The notes beneath the pieces are model-generated. The model ran no database searches and was not told the DNA's origin. It saw only the letters and a program-made list of their open reading frames with translations. DNA of 64,000 nt from assembly GCA_963824495.1 (NCBI GenBank), contig CAWGPQ010000014.1:1-64000 (forward strand), given 5' to 3'. Shown here in pieces: positions 1 to 11,013 of the stretch. The stretch's first letter is position 1, and each line of letters begins with the position of its first letter. The DNA comes from an uncultured bacterium (GTDB lineage Bacteria; Babelota; Babeliae; Babelales; Babelaceae). Position numbers and translations under genes: made by a program.

Positions 1-157
1 TAAACCCATAGATTAATCACTTTGGACCTGGAAATTCAGCCGTATCGGTAATACGCAGTGCTTTAAAAACCTGTAGTGTGAATCATAGTATTAAAAACCA
101 AAGGGGAAAAAGTGAGAAGTGTTATTTTTCAAAAGGAAAAACTGGCCGACTTGCAGA

Positions 158-423
158 TCATAGGCTTTCAATAATATTCGGGAAGCGGCTCATCCGGTGA
201 GCGTTATAATAGTCCAGGGCTATTTTCACCACAAGCCTGAGGTTGGATGTGGATCAGCTTCTCCACTGCCGCCGGGTCTTCCCTGTCATGCACCAGGCAG
301 GCAACGTCATACTCTGCTTTCCTGGATAGAAGCGGATACGGGGATATCTCCGCCAGGTAGACATTAAAGGGGCCCCGGGGCGCAAGAAGTCTGTCCCGAG
401 GTATGCAATCCGTCATTGTTCAT
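158..423 (-). pseudogene. sigma70-family (RpoH-like) region 1.2/2.1 stub, frameshifted and truncated
   Basis: FNVYLAEISPYPLLSRKAEY..DPAAVEKLI, then after a 1-nt shift TSNLRLVVKIALDYYN, then an early stop; AGGAG SD before ATG at 423. Confidence 0.7.
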
Positions 424-586
424 TTTCTTCTCTCCTTCTCATATCCGCCGTGCCGACCGGGGAGCGTGTCCTCCACATTCAGGGGCACAATTGCGTCCGG
501 TAACACGGATCTTCGCCAGGCGCCGCCTCACATGAGGCCCGGCGTTCCGGGACAAAATAATACTCCTCCAGGAACTCTACAGTGCC

Positions 587-874
587 CTAAGAAATGAGAG
601 AGATCGCGGGAGGGCCCCGCGAAGGATTGCTTGAGATAACAGGCGATGCTACCGGCCTGGAGTTAAGGAGAAGAGGTACCCCCTCCGCAAGGATAAGACA
701 TCGGATAGTTATGGTGAACTCATTGCTGCAAATTGCGAAAACCGCGTCGCTTTCCACAAAAACCGGAAAAGTGTCGTCCCCGTAGCCCTGAGTATGTTCA
801 GGCTCCACGGTCAGGACCGAGAGCAGGAATACCATCATCACGAGAAGAGAAAGCCTTTTGACGAATTGCATCAC
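587..874 (-). CDS. small exported/membrane leader protein with C-terminal RGPP motif (candidate arrest peptide)
   Basis: Basic-hydrophobic N-terminus MQFVKRLSLLVMMVFLLSVL; C-terminus NPSRGPPAISLIS; GGAG SD upstream. Confidence 0.55.
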   Translation of the reverse strand: MMQFVKRLSLLVMMVFLLSVLTVEPEHTQGYGDDTFPVFVESDAVFAICSNEFTITIRCLILAEGVPLLLNSRPVASPVISSNPSRGPPAISLIS

Positions 875-919
875 AATACTCTCCCTGCTTTACTCTGTTT
901 CATATTGCTTATAGCATCT

Positions 920-935
920 ATCAAGAAATGTGCCA
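920..935 (-). promoter_or_regulatory. possible sigma54 -24/-12 promoter
   Basis: TGGCAC-ATTTC-TTGAT on the minus strand upstream of the RGPP ORF; GA instead of the consensus GC at -12. Confidence 0.3.
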
Positions 936-1049
936 CACATGTGCGGGAAGCATGGAATGTGGAAACATGTTTAAATCTAATATGTTGGAAGGATGATCAA
1001 CGGCTCCTGCCAGCTTCGGGGGCTACGACAACGTCTTGTGACGCAAGAT

Positions 1050-1836
1050 TCATTGTTGCCGCACAAGACACTTCGGAATAGTGGTTTCGGTTGCAGCTTC
1101 GCGGGACATAAAAAAGCAGTCGTTAGCCCTTATTCTATACTTTTGAGCCGCATCAAAGAAACTGTTTAAATAATCTGGGACTTCCGCTTTGAAGGTGAGC
1201 CTTTTGCCGCTGTGAGGGTGGTTGAAAGTCAAAGACTTTGAATGAAGAGCCAGACGCCCTCCGATCTTGTTTTTATCTCCGTACCTGTCATCATTAACGA
1301 CCGGGTGGCCATACTCGGAGAGGTGGACGCGGATCTGATTTTTCTTGCCTGTCAGCAACTCGATTTCGAGGAGGCTTAAACTTGTTTGTTTCTTTATCAC
1401 CTTAAATTTTGTTTGCCAGCTTTCCTTTTTCGGGGTCCTTGACTGAAGAGACTTCGTACTCGTCGTTTTCAGCCAGATACGAAGTAATCGTTCGCTTTTT
1501 TCCGTCAAAACCCCGTGGACCACTGCCAGATATTTCTTCGTGACGGTCCCCCATTGATTTTTGAGATTCTCCAGGGCCTTAAAACTCTTGGCGAAGACAA
1601 GGACGCCGGAAGTTTCACGATCCAGCCGGTGCGCCAAAAACCTTCCTGGCCGAAACGGCGCTGCCTCTCCGTACGTAATCGGTTCGAATCTGGTGGGCCG
1701 TATTCAGTTTTTCATATTTCGCTTTTACCGTCAGCAGGCCTGAACTCTTATCGATGACGATAACATCCTGGTCTTCATAAAGAATCGTCAAGCCCTGCGG
1801 TTTATGCCTATGAGGCACCGGCTTGATTGCTTTCAT
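1050..1836 (-). CDS. RluA-family RNA pseudouridine synthase (split by indels, probably read errors)
   Basis: ILYEDQDVIVIDKSSGLL, HRLDRETSG, LLTGKKNQIRVH and LALH motifs across ORFs 1615-1869 and 1050-1637. Confidence 0.9.
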
Positions 1837-1914
1837 GGTTTTAGAGGGTCTGTGGTCATTCGGTCGCAAAGTTACACCTTAATCCTTCTTGCAGGAATCA
1901 TAGCCCTGCTTGTT

Positions 1915-2136
1915 TTAGAATTCTCTGTTTGTTCGGTACAAATCCTCAACCTTCTTCCTGGCCCAGGCGGTTCTTCTCAAGAACTGCAGACTGGACCTGA
2001 TGCTCGGATTATTATTAAAACACCCGATATTAATCAATTTTCCCATTTCACCCCACCCGTAATATTCCACGAGCTCGGTAAGAATCCTCTCCAGAGTAAT
2101 GCCGTGGAGGGGGTCATTGGGGTGCTGATTCGTCAT
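1915..2136 (-). CDS. VF530/DUF2132 family small DNA-binding protein
   Basis: [46 protein letters not shown] signature. Confidence 0.9.
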   Translation of the reverse strand: MTNQHPNDPLHGITLERILTELVEYYGWGEMGKLINIGCFNNNPSIRSSLQFLRRTAWARKKVEDLYRTNREF

Positions 2137-2164
2137 GTCCCTTCCTGATCAACATTTTCCAGTA

Positions 2165-2512
2165 TTATAGTACAGAACACGGTCTCAGTGATAGCACGAC
2201 AATGGAAGCAAGCGGGGATGATGCCGGAGGATCATGATTTATCCCAGATATTCCTTGGAGAGTCGGTCCATCTCCTGGCGATAGAGGGCCTTGAATTCCG
2301 GAGATTCGTATTTGAGTCCCTGATTGCTGCGAAGAATGCGAAGCGACCTTGTCCCTGAAATTAGACTGCCGGGCCCGGTCTCCGGGATACAGAACTTCGG
2401 CGACATCGTGCTGTTTCCCTATATTCTTGATTGCCCGCGCTACAGGGATGATCATATAGGTAAGAAGCGTCAGGGCTGCCAAACCCGACAAAGTCCACAT
2501 AAATATCGTCAT
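2165..2512 (-). CDS. hypothetical protein with N-terminal TM helix (3' end uncertain)
   Basis: ORF with hydrophobic N-terminus and AAGG SD; indel-rich region. Confidence 0.4.
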   Translation of the reverse strand: MTIFMWTLSGLAALTLLTYMIIPVARAIKNIGKQHDVAEVLYPGDRARQSNFRDKVASHSSQQSGTQIRISGIQGPLSPGDGPTLQGISGINHDPPASSPLASIVVLSLRPCSVL

Positions 2513-2599
2513 TTTATCACCTTACGGGGACGCCGGGATGTCCTGGTTGCCTTGTGGCGTCGGATGAAATGCCGGGGCTTGACCCCTGCCCTTCCCGCT

Positions 2600-2979
2600 C
2601 TAGTCCTGCGGCGAGCCCCGGTCTGCCGTCAATCTCTTATTCGGCAAGTTGCGCGCAAACTTGCCTATCAGGGGTAGTCGAAACCATTCTCCCTTTATAG
2701 CCTTCCACATGAGATAGCCCAGAGAGCCACCCCTGCAAACCACAAACAGGATGCCATGAGTAATCCCCACACGAGGGATCATGACCAGAAAAATCATTAT
2801 AACCGTAAGTCCCAAAAAGGTAATCAGGGCACTGCATCGGCATGAAATCGAACAAATACGTTGTTCTTCTCCAGGACAAGAAAAATAATGCCTGTCGCCC
2901 AGCCAAAGCTATAGCAGAGAAGGGCCTCTATAGTTTTCGTCCATCCCTAGCGATGTCCCTGCGGTGTATCATCTTCCAT
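2600..2979 (-). CDS. DUF4870-like membrane protein, frameshifted
   Basis: MWKAIKGEWFRLPLIGKFA C-terminal signature; hydrophobic segments spread over several frames. Confidence 0.6.
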
Positions 2980-3359
2980 TCGTCCCCCTTTTTCGGATCT
3001 CTATGTGAGAAGGGTAAGTAAAATCCTCCGACTTGTCAATACAAATATGGCTTTTTTGCTGTGGACGCTATGCATTTCCTCAAAGATAAGGGTCGCAAAA
3101 TCCCAGCCGGCGATTGGAGGAATTAAGTTCGACCACGGAGTTAAATTTACCGATACGCAATCCGGTAAAAAGGGCATAAATATTCGCGCTATTTTTGCCC
3201 CGGAGTGTCTTTATCCGTAACCAGTGATGCGCCGCCGTAGGATTGCATCCCATTGCGACAAAAAGGATTTTTCTTGGGTAAGCTAGTTTTTAGATAGCGC
3301 AAGTTGCTGTTTTTACTTCATTATGTATTTTGATAGTATGTATGTTGATATTTGATATA

Positions 3360-3388
3360 TTGACATATTATCGCTTCTGTCGTATTAT
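3360..3388 (+). promoter_or_regulatory. sigma70 promoter
   Basis: TTGACA (3360-3365), 17-nt spacer, TATTAT (3383-3388) in an AT-rich intergenic region. Confidence 0.65.
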
Positions 3389-3504
3389 ATGTATAACAAT
3401 GTTTGCGTCTATGCGGGTTACCCATAGGGCGCAGACCAGCGGGTCTTTTGACCCCGGGAGACTCACCCGTTGGGTGAGTATTCTGTATCAGTTACGGAGG
3501 CACC

Positions 3505-3603
3505 ATGCAGAGAGTATCAGCAGCAGCGGCAATCAACGAACCAGAAGAGAGTACATCGCGCCCGCGGCGGGTGAAAGGTCATATATGCGTTTTCGATGCG
3601 TAG
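3505..3603 (+). CDS. 32-aa small ORF
   Basis: GGAGG SD just before ATG; MQRVSAAAAINEPEESTSRPRRVKGHICVFDA*; lies downstream of the promoter and hairpins. Confidence 0.35.
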   Translation: MQRVSAAAAINEPEESTSRPRRVKGHICVFDA

Positions 3604-3920
3604 CCTGCAACCACTGACTCCGGAATGTTTACCGCCAAAGGCTGGGCAATTTACAAACAGACCGAGCTCTATGTACTGATTGTCAGAAATAGTCGACCGA
3701 GGCACTCCTTCCGGACAAAATCAGGCCGCTCATTGAAGTCCCGGCTGTTTCCCGGACGGGGCACAGGTGGATTTTGTCTCTGATTCTTTTACCATGTCGT
3801 ATCCCTTAACCATTTATATTTATTGCTGTTTCTTATACAGGATCTATTTCCGGGGAGAATATCAGGATAAATAGTATATAATAATTCGTCATCAAAATTT
3901 CAGGGGTGACGCTTACCGGG

Positions 3921-5992
3921 ATGAGGGATCAAAACAAAACAAAGAAACAACTGCTTCAGGATTTAGCCGGATTGCGCCGACGGATAGCCGAGCTGGAGCA
4001 AATCCAATACTCACATCAATCAGCTGCCGGCCCGCCCGATGTGAATCAACCGGCACACCAACATGCGCATGATAGTGACGAGCACGGAAATACCGAGGAA
4101 GCTCTTCGCGAATCGGAGAACAAGTTCAGGGACCTGTCCAAAAATCTCTTGTCGGTGTCTACCTCATTCAGGACTGGGTCTTCAAATACGTAAATCCCAG
4201 GTTGGCAGAAATTTTCGGTTACACGGTGGAAGAGGTTACTGGACGGGATGACGGCCCGAGGATGTCGTTTTTCCGGAAGACTGGCCCATAGTCCAGGAAA
4301 ATATTCGCCGAAGGGTAGGGGGAGAGAGCTGCATCGATCCATTTCACGTTCCGGCTCATCACCACGGAGCGTGAAATAAGACACGTTGAGGCTATACGGC
4401 TCCAGGACCATCCTATCTAGGGAAGCGCGGCCCTCATAGGAACTTTACTCGATATTACCGAGCGCAAGCGAAGCGAAGCGAGATTAAGGCAGGCTGAGCG
4501 CAAGTACCGCAGCATATTCGAGAATGCCGTGGAAGGAATTTTCCAGACCACGCCCGAAGGAAGGCTCGTGGCGGCCAATCCGGCCCATGCTGAGGATGTC
4601 TCGGATATCATTCTCCTGAGGAATTAGATCGCGTCTCTCGCGGATGTGATCCGGCAGTTCTATGTCCGGCCCGAGAGCCGGCCTTGAGTTTATGGATAGC
4701 TTGAAAAGGAGAGGCGTCGCCTCTGGGGTTCGAATGTGAGTTCTACAGGAAGGACGGGAGCACCATATGGGTCTCGCTTAAGCGCCCGCCAGGTCCGTGA
4801 TGTCGGAAGATAACAGGACTATTTCTACGAAGGCACCATTGAAGATATTACCGAGACAGAAGAAGGTGGAGAGCAAGCTCCGGCAGCTGAATGAGTTCAA
4901 CAAGGCAATCATCGACCACGCCCCCGTAGCGATCTTCACCCTTGACAAGAACGGCGTGTTCACCAGCGTCAATCCGGCACTGGGGGCCCTTTCGGGTCTG
5001 GGTCCCGGGCCGAAGAAAAGCTCATCGGGTTCAACTGGCTGAAAAACCCGTACACGATAAAGTGCGGGCCTGGCCGCACATATCGAGGCGAGGGCTTACA
5101 GGGCGAGCCCTTCCAGCTCTGGGATTTCCCTTTCATGACCTATGCGGGCGACAGAAACATCTTCATGGACTTCAAGGGGGTTCCCCTTAAAGGGCAAAGG
5201 ACGGGAAGATCGAAGGACTTCTCTGCATCATCGAAGAGACAACGGACCGGGTCAAGACACGGGCCAAGCTCATGCAGGAGGCGCAGATCTCCGCCATGGG
5301 CAGGCTCGCGGCAGGCATCGCCCATGAGCTGAACAACCCCCTGGCCACGCTGGTCGCCCACTCGGAGCTTGCCGGCAATTGTCTCAAGTCCTTGAGGGAT
5401 CGACGGCGAAAAAGCCCGAGCTGGAGAGGCTTGAAAGACTATCTGAGCCATCATCGAGGCACAGGCATTCCGCTGCAAGAACGTGACGAGGCGACATCCT
5501 AAGCCTCTGCCAGAAAGAGGGACTCGAGATCATCGAGATAGATGTCAACGAGCTGCTCGACAGCCTACTCGAGCTCCATAAATACCGACGGCCAGGTGAA
5601 GATCGTAGAAGAAGAGTCTCTCCTCTGCCCCCGTATCATGGGAGACGTGGCGCTCTGCGGCAGGTATTCGTGAACCTCATCAGCAACGCGGTGGATGCGG
5701 TGGAGGGAAGGCTGGATGCCACCATATGGATAAGGACCAAGACCCGCGAAGGACAAGTCCGGTCGTGGAGATCGAGGACAACGGCACAGGGATTCCCGAT
5801 TCCATCGTAGAGAAGATCTTCGAGCCCTTTTTCACCACCAAGGAATCGAAGAAGCGGCATAGGCCTCGGGTTGTCCTCTATGCCATGATCTTGTAAAGCG
5901 ATATGGGAGGGACCATCAAGGTGGAAAGCAAGCCGGGCCACGGGACCACCTTCTCCGTCAGCCTTTCGGCAGGACAGAGCGGACGAAGATGA
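3921..5992 (+). CDS. multi-PAS sensor histidine kinase (many indels)
   Basis: [18 protein letters not shown] start; PAS pieces [37 protein letters not shown]-box [19 protein letters not shown] and FEPFFTTK in shifted frames. Confidence 0.85.
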
Positions 5993-6835
5993 TCGCGGTC
6001 TCATCGTCGATGACGAGGCCCGCCTTGTCGAGGCCTTCAGGAAGCAGCTCACGAAGAGAAGGATGAAGGTCTGTAACCGCCTTCCGGCCAACGAGGCGCT
6101 CTTATCCTTAAGAACGAGAGCTTCGACGTGGTGGTCCTCGATATCGAGCTTCCGGACCTGGACGGGGTTGAGCTCCTCTTGAAGCTGAAGCAGATGGAGC
6201 CCACTGGAGGTGATCATGCTCACCGGTTTTGCCTCGGTCGATACCGCCATCCGCTCCATGAAGCTCGGGGCTTACGATTACCTCACCAAGCCCTGCAAGA
6301 TGTCGGAGCTTCGAAGGTGATCACCAAGGCCTATGAGAAGAAGACGCTTACAGTGAAGAACATCGTCCTCGAAGAACAGCTCCATCGGATCGGGGTTCAC
6401 GATGATTTTATCGGCGAAACCGATGAGATGGCGAAGGTGAAACAGATCATATCCCTCGTGGCCCCCTCCAACACGCCCGTGCTTATCTAGGGGAAACAGG
6501 GACAGGCAAAGAGCTTGCCGCCATGGCGATCCATGACTTCGAGTCCCCGCTCCGGGAATCCCTTTGTCACGATCAATTCGAGCGCCCTCCAGGAGACCAT
6601 GCTCGAAAGCGAGCTCTTCGGGTACAAGAAAGGGGCCTTCACCGGGGCCGAAGCGGATAAGTTGGGACTCTTAGAGATCGCCAACAACGGCACCTTCTTC
6701 ATAGATGAGGTGGGGGATATGGGCTTGAGCATCCAGGCGAAGGTCCTGCGAGCCCTTGAGACCGGGGCATTCAGGAAGCTCGGGGATACGAAGGAAATAA
6801 GGGTCGATGTCCGCTTCATCTTCGCCACCAACAAG
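5989..6835 (+). CDS. NtrC-type sigma54 response regulator, cut at the junction
   Basis: Receiver VLIVDDE/VVLDIELPDLDG; AAA+ motifs ESELFGYKKGAFTGA, GTFFIDEVG, VDVRFIFATNK, then abrupt loss of homology. Confidence 0.9.
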
Positions 6836-6840
6836 GTTTA
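6830..6840. other. chimeric junction between two genomes
   Basis: Both flanking genes are cut mid-domain; GC content, codon usage and indel density change sharply. Confidence 0.85.
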
Positions 6841-7943
6841 CCTATGGACTTATGTCTCCATGGCCTAATATCTCTCAGGATAACATAAACCACTATGGTG
6901 CCATACCTGAGCAGGTTATTAGAGAAAAAAGCTATAGAGAAAAGCATTGGGGTGCTGATTATCCATTCATATGGGATTGGGCGCATCCACGAACTTTTTA
7001 CGCTTGGCTATTTAAGCACGTTAAACTTGAAGATTTACTTTATAAAGGAAATTTTAAACCTCTCTCATCTTCGCCCGACTCTTGCTTTATGTATCCAATC
7101 TTAGAGATGGGAGGTTATCATGGGAAATTTATCCCTGAAATCCTATATTACTGGAACATAGCTAATACCCTCAGTCACTTTAGCTTATCAAAAGAAGTAG
7201 GTTATCATCAGCTTGGGCAAAAAGAAGTTAACAAGATGGTTCGAACATGGCCTAAGTATGAGCAACTTGAGCAATCAGGTAGTGGTATTAGTAGTCGTTA
7301 TAAGAAGAGTAAGGCTGACGTTATAATCATCTCTTCGGGTAACTCTATACAACTTGATACTTTTTTGAGTGTGTTCATGCGCCGTGCTCAAGGGTTTAAT
7401 AAAATATATGTTATCTATGAAGCACGGCAAGGCGAAGATGAAAGATTTAAAAAGGTACATAAAAAATTTCAGCATGTTACCTTTGAGCACATGATTCAAT
7501 CCAAGGATATGCTTAAATCAACACTTCTTAAGCATCTTTCTAAGGACAGTTCTTCGTCTCATGTGGTATTGGCTTGTGATACCGCTGTTCTGAGGCGTAA
7601 GGCTGATTTTACCTATTGTATACGAGAGCTTGAGAGAACCTTTGCTTACGGTTTTTATTTGCATAAATATGCTAGCAAGTTCTATGCACCTCACGAATTA
7701 GCTCCTTATAGCTTTTTGTCTGATAACCTTATTGCATGGCAACTTCGGTATGGATTGAGCGTGTGGTCGTATCCAAATGCCCTTGGCATGACGCTTTATC
7801 GTAAAAAAGATGTAGTAAAAGCGTTATATTCCATGAAGTTTAGCACTATTAATCAGTTCAAAAATATATGGTCACATTATATACCATATGATAGAGCAGT
7901 AGGATTATTAGGCAAGGAATCATGGGCTGGTGGAAGCAGATAG
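6836..7943 (+). CDS. family 2 glycosyltransferase, 5' part missing
   Basis: Paralog of the next two ORFs (HPRTFYAWLFKHVKLEDLL, CIRELERTFAYGFYL); starts at (W)FTYG, matching WLTHG/WITFG. Confidence 0.85.
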
Positions 7944-7979
7944 TTGTTGAATTATTTTTGAATATATAAGGAGATTATA

Positions 7980-9467
7980 ATGACTTCTAGAGTGGCTGTA
8001 AGGTGGCATCTTGTGGTGCTTATGATGATGTCTGCACCATCGTTACTGGCTTTTGAGAAAGCTGAAAAGCCTTTAGCAGTGGTCATAACATCCTATAAAA
8101 ATAAAGATTGGTATCGGCAAAACTTAGATTCTGTCTTCTCCCAGGACTACAGTAATTATCGAGTTATTTATATCGACGATGCATCACCCGATGACACGGG
8201 TGGGCTTGCAGAGCGATATATCAAAGAACGGGGACAAGAGCATCGAGTAAAACTTATCAAGAATAACATATGGCTTGGTCAAATGGCAAATCATTATAGA
8301 GCAGCTCATATGTGTAGTGATCATGAGATAGTGGTACATATTGATGGTGACGATTGGCTCGCACATTCTAATGTTTTTAAAATTATTAGCGATAGTTACT
8401 CTAGTTCTGATATATGGCTTACTCATGGGGGAGCTGTGTTTTTTCCCGGAGAGGAACCCTGGCCGGGGGGGCGGGTAACTCCCGGGCTTCTTGAGGAAAT
8501 GATCGCTCATAATACGTTTAGGGATAAAGGCAGAGATGGCTGGGTTTTTTCACATCTACGAACTTTTTACGGATGGTTATTTAAGCAGATTAAGCTTCAG
8601 GATCTCTTATATGAGGGAACCTTTAAAGGTATGAATCCTACGCCTGATACGGGATTTATGTATCCCCTTGTCGAAATGGCCGGGCGCCATGTAAAATATT
8701 TTACTGATATTTTATATAGGTGGAATATGCAGAATCCAAATAGTCAATTGAAAATAACACCTTGGGATAGAATTTTTACGCTTGCTGATACTATAAGATC
8801 ATGGGAGAAATATAAGCCTTGTGAAAGACCAATAAAGAGCAAGAAAGAGCACTATAAAGCAAGCAAAGCTGACGTTATCGTTTTGGCATCTCATGGGTCA
8901 TCTTCACTCGCCAATTGCTTGCGTTCCTTTTCTTATGTACGTGGCAGTAATAAGTTGGTTGTGATCTATGATTCAAACGCATCTTCGTCAATGGCTTCTA
9001 TAAGCAAGAATTTTCCAAAAATTACATTTTTAGCACATGATTCTCAATCTGGTTTTTGCTTAGAAGACCTAATAAAACGTTGCTTGAATAATTCTTTAGC
9101 AAAACATGTTGTACTGTGCTCAGATACTATAGTAATTAGAAATAATCTTAATCTGGCACATTGTATACAAGAGCTAGAGACAACGTTTGCAGAAGCATTT
9201 TATTTAAGCCTAGCCTATAGCGAGCAGCTTGTTTGTGCACCATTATCTGATGATCTCCTAGCATGGCAAATGAACTATGGTAGACAGCTCTGGCAACAGA
9301 TTGAACATATTGGCATGATACTCTATCGTAAGCAAGATCTTGAAAATCGCCTGGCCTCTATGGTAACTACTTCTATACAACAGTTTGAAGAAATGTGGCA
9401 ACACTATAGGTATTCTGATCGAGCTGTAGGGCTTATATTCAAAAGTACTCGTGTTGCACGTCATTAA
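7980..9467 (+). CDS. family 2 glycosyltransferase with signal-peptide-like leader and second degenerate domain
   Basis: VVITSYKN, SVFSQDY, IDDASPD, HIDGDDW. Confidence 0.85.
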   Translation: MTSRVAVRWHLVVLMMMSAPSLLAFEKAEKPLAVVITSYKNKDWYRQNLDSVFSQDYSNYRVIYIDDASPDDTGGLAERYIKERGQEHRVKLIKNNIWLGQMANHYRAAHMCSDHEIVVHIDGDDWLAHSNVFKIISDSYSSSDIWLTHGGAVFFPGEEPWPGGRVTPGLLEEMIAHNTFRDKGRDGWVFSHLRTFYGWLFKQIKLQDLLYEGTFKGMNPTPDTGFMYPLVEMAGRHVKYFTDILYRWNMQNPNSQLKITPWDRIFTLADTIRSWEKYKPCERPIKSKKEHYKASKADVIVLASHGSSSLANCLRSFSYVRGSNKLVVIYDSNASSSMASISKNFPKITFLAHDSQSGFCLEDLIKRCLNNSLAKHVVLCSDTIVIRNNLNLAHCIQELETTFAEAFYLSLAYSEQLVCAPLSDDLLAWQMNYGRQLWQQIEHIGMILYRKQDLENRLASMVTTSIQQFEEMWQHYRYSDRAVGLIFKSTRVARH

Positions 9468-9489
9468 TATTTGAAAAAGGTAGAAAACA

Positions 9490-10968
9490 ATGCTGTGGTA
9501 CTATACAAGCTTATCTCTTACACTTCTTATTACGCTAACGATATCTACCACCCGGTTAGCAGCCGAAGAAAAACCTTTGGTTGTGATTATAACATCATAT
9601 AACAATAAAGACTGGTATGAGCGTAATCTTGGTTCAGTATTCTCTCAAGATTATCAGAATTATCGTGTTATTTATATTGATGATGCATCACGAGATGGAA
9701 CAGCAGATCTTGTCGCTGATTATGTACGAGTACGTGGGCAGGAGCATCGCGTAACGCTTGTACGTAATAAAGAGTGGTTGAGCCAAATGGCTAATCATTA
9801 TAAAGCTGTATATATGTGTCAGGATACCGAAATTGTTGTTCACATTGATGGTGACGATTGGCTTGGGGATTCTACTATACTTTCTTCGGTAAATAGGATC
9901 TACGAAGATCCAAATGTATGGATAACATTTGGTGGTGGAATATTTTGGCCACAAGAAGATGTTTGGCTTAAAAAAGAGCAACAAGAGAAAGCCCTAGAAA
10001 AATTGAGAAATAATGATTTGCGATCATTCCCTTTTGTATACGCTCATTTACGTACCTTTAGTGCATGGCTTTTCAAACATATAAAGCTACAGGATCTTCT
10101 TATAGATAGTAGCTTCAAGCCGCTTGCACCTTGTCCCGATGGAGCATTCATGCTTCCCATGCTTGAAATGGCAGGGCTTGACCACGCTCGATGTACACCT
10201 GAATTACGTTATATGTGGAATCAAAGAAATCCACTGAGCCAGTTTGTTCATGGTTTCTGGGCTCAACAAGAATTAGTTGGTCGTATGTATACTTGGCCAA
10301 AGTACCAACAGCTTAACCATTCTGTCAAAGATATCGGTAAAAAATATGAGAAAAGTAAAGCTGATCTGATTATAGTGTCCCAAAACTCACCCAATGACAT
10401 TGCAAAAACCCTTTCGTCGATCAAGAAGTATATGAGACATATTGCTATGATATACGTTATAGGCAAGCCCCACGTCAATGAAAAGTCTGCATATAAGCAG
10501 CTTGCTGCGCGTTTTGCTAGCGTCAGATTTTTTGATTACGGAACTTCATCGGAACAGTTCAAGCCTTTGCTGTCTCGTATTCTGAGCAAATCAAACGCTC
10601 AACACGTTATACTTTCAAGTGATAACGTAAATGTTACAGGCAGCATTGACGTAAATTATTGTATAAAGGAACTCGAAAGAACGTTTGCCTACGGTTTTTA
10701 CTTATCTCTTAAAGAGGACGAAAGAGTGGCTTTTGCTCCTTTGTCTGATAAGCTCAGGGCTTGGCATATGTCGCATGGAAAGCACGTCTGGGATGTACCG
10801 AATCACTTGGGGGTAGTGCTGTATAGAAAAGCTGATGTTAAGGAAAAACTCAAAGATATGCATTGTTCGACAGTAAGGGATTTTCTCGTGCAATGGGGAC
10901 GCCAGGATTATGACGCTCGAGCGATTGGTCTTTTTTTTAAACACGCATCCATTATTTGTTATAAATAA
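9490..10968 (+). CDS. family 2 glycosyltransferase with signal-peptide-like leader
   Basis: VIITSYNN, IDDASRD, HIDGDDW; leader ends RLAA-EEK. Confidence 0.85.
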   Translation: MLWYYTSLSLTLLITLTISTTRLAAEEKPLVVIITSYNNKDWYERNLGSVFSQDYQNYRVIYIDDASRDGTADLVADYVRVRGQEHRVTLVRNKEWLSQMANHYKAVYMCQDTEIVVHIDGDDWLGDSTILSSVNRIYEDPNVWITFGGGIFWPQEDVWLKKEQQEKALEKLRNNDLRSFPFVYAHLRTFSAWLFKHIKLQDLLIDSSFKPLAPCPDGAFMLPMLEMAGLDHARCTPELRYMWNQRNPLSQFVHGFWAQQELVGRMYTWPKYQQLNHSVKDIGKKYEKSKADLIIVSQNSPNDIAKTLSSIKKYMRHIAMIYVIGKPHVNEKSAYKQLAARFASVRFFDYGTSSEQFKPLLSRILSKSNAQHVILSSDNVNVTGSIDVNYCIKELERTFAYGFYLSLKEDERVAFAPLSDKLRAWHMSHGKHVWDVPNHLGVVLYRKADVKEKLKDMHCSTVRDFLVQWGRQDYDARAIGLFFKHASIICYK

Positions 10969-11013
10969 CATGGAATTTTTATTAACCATAACAACCATAA
11001 CGAGGAGAGAGTT

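Noticed and set aside
1..6835. High-GC block as a horizontally acquired island
   Set aside because: No integrase, att site or IR; both junction genes are cut mid-domain; indel density fits a low-quality read
3921..6835. Frameshifts as programmed recoding or real pseudogenisation
   Set aside because: Too many, scattered over most long genes on this side while the motifs stay intact
6807..6835. N-terminus of the 378-aa ORF, or an activator-GT fusion
   Set aside because: Created by the junction; those codons are an off-frame part of the activator
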